The position numbers and the translations under genes were made by a program. This document shows positions 25,664 through 38,024 of a stretch of DNA of 64,000 bases, piece by piece (within the stretch, counting starts at the first letter, position 1; each line of letters opens with the position of its first letter). Under the pieces are notes generated by a model, which saw only the letters and a program-made list of their open reading frames with translations, did not search any database and had not been told where the DNA came from. Origin of the DNA: Callorhinchus milii (Eukaryota); the NCBI RefSeq assembly GCF_018977255.1, contig NW_024704743.1, positions 52,392,001 through 52,456,000 of the forward strand. The letters are read 5' to 3'.

Positions 25664-26250
25664 GTAAGTTGTCTACATTCAAGCCTTTTTAAAATTTGTT
25701 GATAAACTGCTACTGTTTAGCATGCATTTAGTCCTGTCTTAAGCTAAGGTGCCACGAAGAATAGTGTTGTAACTTTCTGAGGTGTTGTAATTAAAAGGCG
25801 TTTGGTCCGCAGAGACTGTTCAGAAAGTTATATTTGTGAATTAGAAAGCTGTAAGAGAGTTGGATATTTCCAAAATGTGATCTTAATGTCTTCCCTCCCC
25901 CCCACTCCCACCTCCTTCCTTGTCCAGCATCTCACTTTAAGAAGTTCCTAAATTAAATGCTCAGAGAATGCTATATAACTGTGTGTAGTCTTTTTTGTTT
26001 GTTTCCTTCGGCATTTACTTTTGAGTTCTACAATAAATGTGTAACAGCAATGTACATAAAAGGGAATTTACATTGTTTCAAGTCATTGGCTAATGTGTCT
26101 ACTTTAGCAACAGAAGACTTTAAATAAGTCTTTTCTCTTATCCTATAAGTAGATTGTTACCATAATGAATAATAAAATATTTTCCTGGTAAAATTAACAA
26201 ATGAAACTGATGTATAAGAATGTTACTAACCAAGTTTTATTTCTCAAAAG

Positions 26251-26305
26251 GCTAAAAATTCTTTGGCTCACCTTGTGCCAGCTACACAATAAAGTGGAAA
26301 TGGAG
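26251..26305 (+). CDS. LPCAT1: LPCAT1 exon (approx. exon 8)
   Basis: ctcaaaag|...|gttagt, 55 nt; LKILWLTLCQLHNKVEME; phase fits both neighbours. Confidence 0.93.
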
Positions 26306-27125
26306 GTTAGTTTTTGTACACTTTTTGAGGCCACTTTGTCGACCTGTTTCTACTACTCTAGTTAAGGTTTCAAACAATTTTATCCAGCAAGAAGTAGCTA
26401 ATTGTCAGAGCATCATGTTTCTAACAAAGAATGTATTTTGTAATATGATACTTGTTTTTATTTGTTCATCCTCCTCATACCTTTTAGATAAGCCTTCACA
26501 TCTGGTGTAAAATCACTGAACACATTTGTCTTTTATGGTCTGAAGTCATGGGAGAATCGTAATCTTACCCCCATGCCCATCTTGCATAAAAGTCTCAACC
26601 ACAAGCCAGTTTCCATTTTTTTTCTCTACTATACTAATATTGTAGCATATTGAGATTGAAGCTGCTCTTTCTGGTACATGATGGACTTCAAATTGTACAA
26701 ATCCTTTCCAGAGACTTTCTCATGAAGTAAGAATAGCCTAATCAACAATCTCTTTTCACCCAAAAAGTCTTTAAAAAGAGGATTAGCCGTCCAATTCGAT
26801 GAAGAATAGTGGGCTCTACAGATAATATAAAGTTTATTCTAGAACGGAAGCAAATCATACTTTTTGTGGGATTGTACCTTTTCAACGGAATAAGTCAAGG
26901 ACATGGTGCACCTGAGCAAGAAGCTTGGATTCTTCCAATTCAATAGCCTTTTATCAAATATGCACTCTAAAAGCATAGCTTAAAAGAGCTGGAGACTGGT
27001 TTCTGGGCAAGATTTTTCTGTATAATTGGAGGTAAATCACACGACTCTCCAATGCTTCAGACTGTAAAAACATTACCTGCATGACCTTTCTCCCAGATGT
27101 CCTATCCTACATTATGTGGAGAATA

Positions 27126-27901
27126 AACTCAATTCAATACACTGGAGTCTCCCAAAGACAGGTAAGTGATGTTACAACTTCATGTTTTCATTTTCCACAA
27201 AAGGCTGCTCAGAAATGGAACTAAAATTGAATTGGAATCAGACTATTTGCAGCGTAGGAGGTCATTCCACCCATGTGTGTATTGGTGCTAGCTTGTCCAC
27301 TGGAGATATCTACTCTAATCCCATTGCCCTGTTCTTACCCTATGCGTTTCAGTATTTCTTTTCAAATGTATACACAATTTCCTTTAAATAGTTTGATGTA
27401 TATTCACCAAATCTGATCTAATTTGGCATAATTTCTTATATTTCTTAACTTGTTGAATTGTTCTCATTTTATAATTTTGGTGCATTTTTTAAAATCTAAA
27501 TGGGTTGTCAGTGCTGTGATGTTCAGATTAAAGATCCCTTTACTCAATCAATAGAGTACAACGACCCCAACCTCAGAAACGCCAACCCTATTGCATTAAA
27601 GTGGTTTACCCTTTCCCATATCAGTCTTCATTATGGTTTCTTTTAATGTTATTGTTTGTTTAATACCAATTGTGAACAGTTTTATGTTGTGGATCTCTGC
27701 CAAGAGAAACTGGATTGATACTGGTGAAACTCATTTCACATGAAATGCTTAGAGAGAATTTTATCCTCAAACGGCTGCAAATAGTCTGATTCCAATTAAA
27801 TTTTAGTTCCATTTCTGAGCAGCCTTTCATGAAAAATGAAAACATGAAGTTGTAACATTACTTACTTGTCTTTGGGAGTCTCCAGTGTATTGAATTGAGT
27901 T
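27126..27901. repeat. 128-bp inverted repeat pair (27126-27253 / 27774-27901)
   Basis: About 7 mismatches by manual comparison; also visible as near-identical ORF starts on opposite strands. Confidence 0.9.
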
Positions 27902-28919
27902 GAGGGTGAAATCGAGCCAGTTGAAATCCTGGTTGAAAAGGAGAAAGAGCATTGCACTTAGCTCACTGGATCATTCAGAAACCAATTGCATTGCTGCCAC
28001 AACTGGCCAGGTCACCCTTTCTTCTGAACTCATAGAGAGTCTTTGTATGCTTTCCTGACTTTCAGTTTGTTAAATTACATTGCAGATGTTTTAAGGCAGT
28101 GCAAAACGAGATTTGTAGATAATATTTTAGCTTATTAATCTATTATTTTCACTAACTCTGCCCACTCCCATAAAATACAGAATAAGAATCACTAGCCACT
28201 CACACTTGCTAACGGGTTTTATAGCACATATGAGTTGTTATAAATGGTGTATTTTATATTAATGCAGGATACTTAAATATGTGTGGAATAACCACAACAA
28301 GTTAATTAAAGTTAGGATTTTTTATGAAATAGTTCAAACTGTCAGCTATTATATATACTATATAATCATTGCTTATAATTTGCTTAATTGCAAGTATTCT
28401 GGAAGCACAATTATCAGCCAGTGTGAAAGACTTTCAGGATTTTCAATTTAACAATTAAATTTGCAAAGGTTCACTGTATAGTCATTGTTAAATGTTGCAT
28501 GATAATATTTTTATCATAATTATACTTCATAGGGTACTTTTGTATCATAGAGCAGTGAACTTAAAGTAATTCTTCACTTTATGGGAATGTAATAGCTCAA
28601 TAAGGACAGACGTACAAAGTATGTGTGTCTGTTCGTAGCTATTACTATCCCATAAAGATATTATACCTGACTACTGGAAAACTGACATGTTATTCACATC
28701 TATGCTGCACTCAGTTTCTTAGCTCTAATGGGGTAAGAAATTATGGATATAATTCTGTCTTGTTATCTAATTTTCCTACTCTACAAAATAATTCCTGTGA
28801 AAAGTACTGTTAAACCAGTTAATGCTGTGCATGAAAGATTTGATTTCTCTTTGGGCACTAATAAAATTGTGCATTGTAAAATTGTTTTTTGCCCATGGAC
28901 TTTTGTGATAAAAATTGAA

Positions 28920-29670
28920 TACAACAATAACTTGCATTTATATAGCACCCTTCATGCAGGGTAGCGTCCCAGTGTGCTTGGCAGTGGCGGAATCTGACAC
29001 CGAGCCAGGGAAGAGGGAGAGGAGAGGTGACAAAGAAACATCAAAAAGGAAGGTTTTTAGGCGGGATTTGAAAGTGGGGAGGGAGGGGGCAAGGCGGAGG
29101 GATTGAGGGAGAGAGTCCTATAGTTTCGGGATGTAGTGGTTGAAGGCACAGCCACCAAAGGTGGAGGAGACGAGGGACAAACAGGAGGCTGGAGGCAGCG
29201 GGTGGTGGAGTGGGGGGTAAGCAGATCGGATGATAGGGAGTTGAGAGGGCATGAATGGATTTGAAAATGAGTGAGACGATCTTGAAATTGATCTGTTTGA
29301 TAATTGAGAGCCTGGCAAGGACTGGGGTGATGGGGGTACAGAAGTTTGTGCGGGTTAGTATCCGCGTGGCGGAGTTTTTAATCAATTTAATTTTGTGTAT
29401 GGTGGAGCTGGGGAGACCAACCTATCATCCGATCTGCTTACCCCCCACTCCACCACCCGCTGCCTCCAGCCTCCTGTTTGTCCCTCGTCTCCTCCACCTT
29501 TGGTGGCTGTGCCTTCAACCACTACATCCCGAAACTATAGGACTCTCCCTCAATCCCTCCGCCTTGCCCCCTCCCTCCCCACTTTCAAATCCTGCCTAAA
29601 ATCCCGCCTGGGCATTGGAATAGTCCAGCTGGGAAGTGATGAAGGCTTGGACGAGGGTTTCGGCTGCGTT
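28920..29670 (-). mobile_element. Decayed L2 3' fragment containing an internal inverted duplication
   Basis: ETLVQAFITSQLDYSNA...IKNSATRILT; 29421-29601 is the reverse complement of 29055-29237. Confidence 0.85.
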
Positions 29671-30594
29671 GGTTGTTAATCTATGACAAAGCAAAATACA
29701 TCTATTAACAAAAACTACAATGTTCAAAAAACTAAACTTCACACCACACTGCGTAAAATTTTTATATTTCATGAGTCCTTTCAATAATCCAAGTCAGCAG
29801 AAAAATTTAGCTTTTAAATTGCATTTTCAGGCCATGCAACAACACACAATATTTCTTCAGTAAGTAACAAGTGTAACAGTTTACCAGGAAGGATGTCTAG
29901 GACACTAATCTCACTTACAAAACAGCTTGATTTAAGGATGGTTTGGTGGATATCTTTGGAGCGGGATAGATATGGTCAAATAGCTGAAAGGCCTTCTTCA
30001 TACAGATCTCCCATGATCTTGTGAGTTCATGTTTGAAACCAATGTTGTCTGTTGGAATCATCAGCAAAATGACTTAGTAATGTGGCTGCTCCACTTGCGA
30101 GTCTTAAGACCACTTTAGCTCTGCTCATCATCCTAGCTTGACTTTGAATATAGAGAATCAAGTCTCCACTGTAGATAGTTGTTTACAAACAGCACCTTCT
30201 GGCAGACTTTAAATGTATTGCAATGATGCAGCAATGCTACTTGTACACAGAAGAAAAATATTTTGTTGCATTTTATAACCTAGGTTAATCTCTGCTTTGA
30301 TTTTAATCAATTAGACATTTTCATAATTTTATGTGTAATTAGATATTAATTCAGTACAATGTCCTTTCCGTTCAATTAAGATACAGAAGAGCATTGAATT
30401 GTGTTCTGTACATGCATATCAAACTGGTAGGAAGTGGGTATCTTGCTCAGTAAAATTGATTTAGTTTATACTACAGTATAAAATAACAAAACATGGATTT
30501 TTTTATTTAGAGAATTTTTTGTGTATGTATAGATATATATATTTATATATTATAAAATACAATATGTATTTATACAATCAAAGAATTGGAAAAA

Positions 30595-31645
30595 AACGAA
30601 CAACTACGACAATTTGCATTTATATAGTGCCCTATCTCGCAGGGTAGTGTCTCGGGACTTTTAGCAGTGGCAGAGCTTGATGCCAAGCCCAGGAATGGGG
30701 GGAGGTGACTGTAGATGCGGTTGAAGAGGAAGGTCCTCAGGTGTAATCTGAACACAGGGCAACAATTCCTGCACAGTGAATTATGTGTTGACTAATGAGT
30801 CTGTATGATTAGTAATCTTGAAATATGCATATATTATACAAGATAGATTGTTGCTGTATTTGAAGGAACTAAGCTGAGCTAAGTTGGAGCAGGTCTAACT
30901 ACTACAACAACAACTTGCACTTATATAGCGTCCTCCACACAGGGTAGAGTCTCAGAGTGGCAGAGCCTGACTCCAAGGAGTGGGGAGATGACCGTAAGCA
31001 TAGTCAAAGAGGAAAGTTTTCAAGAGGAACTTGAAAGAGGGGGCAAGGAGGAGGGATTGAAGGAGAATGTTCCAGAGTTTGGGGGCGTAGTGTCTGAAAG
31101 CACGACCACCGATGGTGTAGCGGAGGGTGTGAGGGACGAGCAGGAGGCTGGTGCCAGTCAAACGGAGGTGCCAGTGGTGGATTGGGGCATGAGGAGGTCG
31201 GAGAGGTAGGGAGATGCCAGGGAGTGAATGGATTGAACCAGGGAGTGAAGGGAGCGGAGGGAATAACTACTAGAACCTGGTCATAAACTCTGCAACAAGG
31301 TTTGAAACATGGTTTTGTAATAGGTAGGTGCCCCCCCCTGCTCCGACCGCCTCCACTCCACTGCCCGCTGCTTCTGCTCAGGTGACTCCGGTTTCCTACA
31401 CGATCCTTAACCAGCTATGCAGCTATGCCTTCAGCTACTATGCTCCTATGGAATTTTCTTCCTCAATCGGTCCACCTTGCCGCCTCGTTCCATGTCTTCA
31501 GATCACACCTGAAAACTTTCCTCTTTGACCATGGCTACAGTCACCAATTCACTCTCCCAAGTTGCTGTCAAGCTTCGCCACTGTTAAGCACTCCGAGACG
31601 ATAACTTTCATGAAGGGTGCTATATAAATGCAAGTTGTTGTTTTA
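30595..31645. mobile_element. Cluster of three L2 3' ends (30595-30755 minus, 30900-31260 minus, 31325-31645 plus)
   Basis: GGRAFRHYAPKLWN motif; tails gctatataaatgcaagttgttg. Confidence 0.75.
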
Positions 31646-32974
31646 TAAATTATGTCCATTTTCTTAGTAGAGAGCTACTGCAATTAAAAAAAAGTTTTAG
31701 ATCTGTCTTGACCATGTCATAATATATTTTGTAGTTAGTCCTGCTGATCTACAATTATTTCACTGGTACCCCACTCAAGTGGACAATGTTCAGGTAGAAA
31801 ACTATAGCCCCAACACCGCATAGGCAGGAGAGAAACTAGAACCAGCTCAAAATGATTTTACCTGCTGGAATTAAATGTTAAATGTAAATTGAACATAATG
31901 GCTGGATTGTACAATGGTGGGAGTGTGAAATATATATAACAGTAGTTCTCTACTAAGAAATATTTGGGGATGACAAGTTTTCAGGGCTGTGGGGAGAGAG
32001 CAGAGGAGTAGGATTGAATTGGATATCTCTTTTCAAAGAGCCGGCACAGACACGATGAGCCAAATGATCTCGTGTTGTATAATTCTATGATTCTATAATA
32101 TATATTATATATAATATCACCCTTTTGAAGTTGATGTTTCTATGTAAGAAGAAAACAATTAGGGTATCTATGTTAGAAATAAACATCTACTTGATGACTA
32201 TTCTTAAGAAGCACACACAATTTGTATGTGTTGAACTGAAAGAACAATAACTCTTTTTTATAATTTAGTGTCCAATTTTTCAAATTTCCTTTGCCCCTGG
32301 TCTGGCAGGGGTGAGGTTTCAAGGGTAATATTACAAACTAGTAACCCATTCAAGTGACCCTTGACAATGTTGGCAAGGTATTCAACTGTAAAGGGCATCA
32401 AAGCCAAGCCTGATATCTCCAACTGGCTGCTACACTCCCGCACAACAATAGAGGGATCTTGGCAGAGATCTGCAAACTAAGCACAGACTGTGATTTGAAC
32501 CAGCAAATGTCTGGTCCATAAGATGCAGTTCTTTCAACAACACCATTAGAACTGCCCACAATGACTCACATTAAAATCTAACGAGTGACTGATCATGCAA
32601 CACAAATAAATTAGCATTACACGCAATCATGAGATTGTTGAGCACCGCTGTAATGATTGCGAATCAGTCAGGTTACTGCGAAGAAAAAAGGTTTGCAGTG
32701 GATTTAAATAGTATTAGTATAAATGCATGTTAAATTTCATAGGTGTTATAGGTAATTGCAACTTGTCAGTAAGAGACACTGAAGAATAGTCCAGGTTAAA
32801 CTGTGTATATTAATGGTGGAGTGTAAAACCAGGTGGCTCAGATATTCCAAACTTCTGTGATCATCTTACTTTGTTTTGTAGAAAGCAAACAAAATTACTC
32901 ATTTGAATACTACAGAGGTATAATGTTTAGCTTTGACCATCACACTACTAAATTTAATTGTTTTTCATTAACAG

Positions 32975-33057
32975 TTCCTGCCAATCTATACACCTTCTGA
33001 AGAGGAGAAGAAAAACCCAATTTTGTACGCAAACAATGTTAGAAAGATCATGGCAAA
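32975..33057 (+). CDS. LPCAT1: LPCAT1 exon (approx. exon 9)
   Basis: taacag|...|gtaagt, 83 nt; FLPIYTPSEEEKKNPILYANNVRKIMA. Confidence 0.96.
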
Positions 33058-35530
33058 GTAAGTGCAATGGCAGCTTATCAATGTGAAACCCAAAATATGC
33101 CACGAAAATAGAAAAATAAGTAGTTCACCAGACATTTTTCTCTTCTAGTTATTACTACTGTACTGCAATGTCTTCAGGCACATTTTTTACAAGAATTACA
33201 GTGTTTAATTTCATTAAATTGGAGTTGATGGCTGTTATATTGGAATAATTGGCATGTTATTTCCAATCTCAACAACTGATCTTGCAGTCACCTAAAAATT
33301 CCTGTTCATACTTGTCTGCTGGAGCCTGTGCCAAAAAGGAATAGGCATTTATAAAAGTAAAGGTTTTACCTGCGGCAACAGCAGCAACTGGCAACATCTG
33401 GCTGTTAGCATCTCTACTTGGCACATACTCTTTGTAGCCACAGACATTATATAAAACTAATATTAATCACCTTCACACACACTCTCTCTTCCCCCTCCCT
33501 CCCCCAACTCTATGCTTTTGTAAAGATTAGTTACTAGATTTCAGCTTCTTTAATACTGTTGTTCACTCAACAAGAACTTGCATTTGTATAGCGCCTCTCA
33601 CGCACATTAGCATCCCAGAGAGCTTAAATGTCTTTCTTATGTGTATCTTATGTTGAATTTATATTACAGAGCCATAGAGATAGAAAATGAAGGCACTGAT
33701 ACTTTAGCTTGACTTCACTTTTCATCCGGGGTTTCTGTTTTTTATTCCATGAGAACAGAGGCATTTTTTCAATCTCCCAATATCAAAATAATGGTAACTG
33801 AGGCAGAAGATGTGCCATAATATGAAGCAATGTCTACTCCATGCTCTTTTCCCCATACATTGACCATTATTTAGGTAGTGTGATAATTGGAGAAATTTTT
33901 TGCCCAAAGATTAACACGATGCTACTTAAGCAATGGTCCCATACTCCCGCAATTATGCCATTCAGGCTGCCTGTGTGTAAATATAGTTTCACTCCGGTGC
34001 CAACCAACATTCATTATGACAAAAGAGGCATTGGAAGTGATTGATCATCAAAAATGTTCCAGTGAAATTCAGCCATTTTTCATTGTAGGTTTGTCAATGG
34101 TGATAAACGTATTTTTTAAAAATATGTACATAATGCCTTCCCTAAAATCTGCATATCTGATGCTTATATCTGAGTATTACCTTTATATCATGCATTTTAC
34201 AATTTAAGACCTCTTTCTGGTATTTCACAATCTGTTAACGAACCATGAGATGCTGCTTTTTGCCAGCAGTTAAGTGTTTTTAAATTCTTCCCACATCTTT
34301 TTTTCTTGGCCTGTCCTACCTGCCCTCTTGAATCCTGTAGAAGGTCTTCCCCAGTTCATTTGAGTGCTGAAGAAGAGTTGTATCTAAAACATTAACTTGT
34401 CTTTTTCAAATGTGGGTTGGTCTGCTGCACGTATGTGCCATCTCTTTATTTCTAGCATCAACACTCCATTCTCCGATGTTCTTTGCTGGTCCATCTCCAT
34501 TGCTCTGTTCTTTCCTGCTTCCACTCTAATCTATTGCAATGTCTTCACTACATCTAGCAGTTTCTCCTCTGGCCCTGCACAGTTACTTGCAGTGTTCCTC
34601 GATCTATCCTTGATCCTCTTTCACAAGTTTGTGGATGACACCCAACTGTACCTGTCTGCCTCCATCTGTGACTCAAGGACCACTGCTGTCCTGACATAAT
34701 GTCTGTCAGGCATCATGCTTTGATTGAGCCTCAACATTTCCAACTAAATACCAATAAAACTGAAACGTGCGTAAACATAGGTTATCGAAAACTACTCAGC
34801 CCATATCCTTTCTCATGTATCACTCCTATCCTCGTCAAGCTCCATTGGCTCCCTATCACTAGCGGATTGACTTTGAGATCCTAATTCTAACTTTGAAATG
34901 CCCACCTTCCCTGTGAGCTCCTGTAGTCCTATTCTCCCACCCTCTCCCTTAGGTCTTCTTTCAACCCCCACGCCCCCCCACCGCCTCCCCACAAAATTCC
35001 ATTTATGCTATGGCTCTCAATCAATCTTTGTAAAATCCTTGAATTTGTTAGCTACATGAAAAGTGTTGTTTAATCTGTTTATTTAGGGTTCTGGCCAACC
35101 CAATTGTTAGTCCCTTTTTTATTTTGTTTCATTTTATCTTAAATTTCTTATTTTTCTCCTTATAAAATCATTAAGTTTTTTCAAGAGATGACAGGCTGGA
35201 AATTATCAGCCGTTGGACAGTACTGTTCTGCATTCTGTGTAGCAGAGCATTTTCCCAAAGAGCCATGATTAACCTCTTGTTATCAGAGCTCCAATAGTTG
35301 TTTTAAACATCTGTCTGCCCTAACTTATGATATAGCATTTTTTTAATGGAGGAGGGATTCTGAATCAGTTCCCTATTTTTCATAAAACTAGTTTAAATTT
35401 AGCACATATTTGTATTGCCTTGAAATTTTGTGTAGAAAGTGTTCAGATGAATGTTCATATCAGATTGTCCACTTTTTACTTGATGTCCATGCATAGTAAT
35501 GTGCAATAATTTTTGACCTGTATCTGATAG

Positions 35531-35656
35531 AGCCCTCGGTGTTCCTGTGACTGATTATACATTTGAAGATTGTCAACTTGTGATGTCTGACAGCCAGTTG
35601 AAGCTTCCTGTGGATACCTGCCTGCTAGAATTTGCAAAACTTGTCAGGAAACTCAA
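35531..35656 (+). CDS. LPCAT1: LPCAT1 exon (approx. exon 10)
   Basis: tgatag|...|gtaagt, 126 nt; ALGVPVTDYTFEDCQLVMSDSQLKLPVDTCLLEFAKLVRKL. Confidence 0.96.
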
Positions 35657-36126
35657 GTAAGTTCTACCTATTTTTCATTAAAACATTTCTTATATTTAAT
35701 TAATAAACTGAAAGAAGGAAAACAACTTGAAAATAAATTGTGTCATTTTAGTTCCAGTCTTCTAGCCAATACTAAATGCAGCACGCCAGTATATCTGTTG
35801 GCCCATTGACAATTGTGAATTCACTAAGCGGATTGCTCTTTCAATGAATATAATAGATTTGTAATTCATTTTTTCAAAAAAGCATGCCGTAGCTTGCCAC
35901 TGTTCATGTTTCAAACACATACTTGAATTGGAAGCATTTTTTCAGGCAAGAGAAATGTACTTTATAATTGGATATCATATTTGAATTCTGTTTACTTTGG
36001 AATTTAGCCTCAGACAAACATGCCCAACTAGTAAAATCTACAAAAGGCAGTTGGATGTCAGTGCATTTAATATTTCGCTATATAGTTCTACTATCTCAGC
36101 CACTGCCATAGTTCTTCTTTCTACAT

Positions 36127-36435
36127 GGAGTCCTGTACCTCAGTGGTTAGAGCACTCGCCTTGCAAGTGAGACACCTGGGTTCAATTCCAGGCAGGGCGA
36201 AACCTTGGGCAAGTTTCCTTACTCCACACTCCTAATAATAATCCCTCCAAAACACAAAACAATAATAAATTGGTCATTTTCAATCCACGACTGTTTGTGG
36301 GACACTGCTGTGCGCAATTGGCTGCCGCGTTTCACCCACAAATATACAGTTAATTCACTTTACAGTATATTCTGTAAAGCGCTTTGAGACGTCTAGAAGA
36401 GGTGAAAAGCGCTATATCAAATGCAAGGATTATTA
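36127..36435 (+). mobile_element. Full-length tRNA-Ala(TGC)-headed SINE
   Basis: A box (cagtggttagagc), B box (ggttcaattcc), Deu-like 3' region, L2-type tail (att)n. Confidence 0.9.
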
Positions 36436-38024
36436 CCTTAATTTAATACATCGCCTAATCACATCATCAGAGTCTCAAAGCACTTCATAGAGTTATCTGT
36501 GAAGTGTGATGACTTGATGATTTATAGATTAACGTGGAAGCCAATTTTTTACACTGCAATGTCCCACAAACAGGCATCAAGTGAACTACAATCTTTTGTA
36601 ATCTGAGGGATCGTTGTCCAGTTTATCGGGAGGATCTCTTCTTTTCAAACAGTTCCATGGGATCTTTATCACCTGACCATCAGCACAGGCACAATAAAAG
36701 CCTAGACTATGAGCTCAGACTCCCAACATAGGGCTTGAACCTAATAAGTCTGAAATCAAAGTCTTAATCTTATTAATAAATAGAGAATAGTTTTCTTTAT
36801 GTGACAACATTCTTATTTTATAGGAACACATTTTCTTCACTTGTACATTTTGTTAATTTGCTCCTGTTTTTGTTAGTTATTAGTTTGCAAAACCATACAA
36901 CTTCAAAATCTAAAGTCTTTCATATTCAGAAATGGCCTCAATAATGAGTAATTTGTGAAAGCTTACCCTTTTTAGGGCAATTGTGATATTAAAGGGCTAT
37001 CTGTGAAAACATTTACAACATGAATTTTGAGGTTAGATGAAGCTAAAGGGGTATTATTGTAAATCACTAAACATTAATCCAGATGTTTTGATTTATTTCC
37101 CAGTCTTGTTTTGCTGAGGTAGAGATTAGAACTCAATTGATCATTAATCAACCAGTTGAAAAATGGATTTGATAGTTCACCATTAAATTTGATGGGTGTC
37201 AGCTTGGCTTGGTATACGAATGCTATCAACTGCCCAAGCATAAGTCCACAAATAGACTTGAGCTCACTATCTACGCTAACACTCCAGTGCATATTGGCAG
37301 AGTGCTGCATTGTTGAAGGTGCGGTTCTTGGAATAAGATAATAAACTGAATTGTGTCCATCTCTTCAAGTGGATGTTAAAGATCCCACAACATGCCCTAT
37401 TCAAAGAGAAGGGAGTTTCTCCTAGTGTTCTAACAATCTTGAGCTAAATTGGTCATTCGCCTCATGACTGCTTGGGAGCTTGCTATGCACAAAATGACTA
37501 ATGCATTTGCCTGCAAAAGCCTTATGCTTTCCTACAAAATTGGATAGTAATTACTGGAAGCATTTTAAGGCTTCAATGTGATCGAGCAACACAGTTCTTT
37601 TGATATGTGGTGCAATAGTTTTTTTTGGAATAAATGTATAAATACAATGTATCCCATTGGAAATCTGAAAATGGATAGTGTTTGTGAGTCACAAGCAAGT
37701 GCTTATTGCACATTATGCGCAGAAGCGACACTGACATCACTTCCTGTGCTTTGCAAATATGCTTGGAAGCAGGTAGTGACATCAGCAACCTCCGGAGATG
37801 GTGACCGGTGGCCATTTTTACACATCTCCTTATACTATGAGGTCTGAATTTATGAACCCAAGCTACCATGTTATAACAGGTGTTTCCATATGTGCAAATA
37901 TGTATGTCACTTAGCTGTAAAGAATCTAATTTGTTCCATCAAAAGTAATATTTGGGATTGTTTTGCTATGTTGATTTAACTGTGCACTTGAAACCAATAC
38001 AACTCCAACTGAGAAGAGATGCTG

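Noticed and set aside
36127..36200. Bona fide tRNA-Ala genes (also 38655, 45440, 46899, 61836)
   Set aside because: Each continues into a shared SINE body and (att)n tail, and some have TSDs; they are SINE heads
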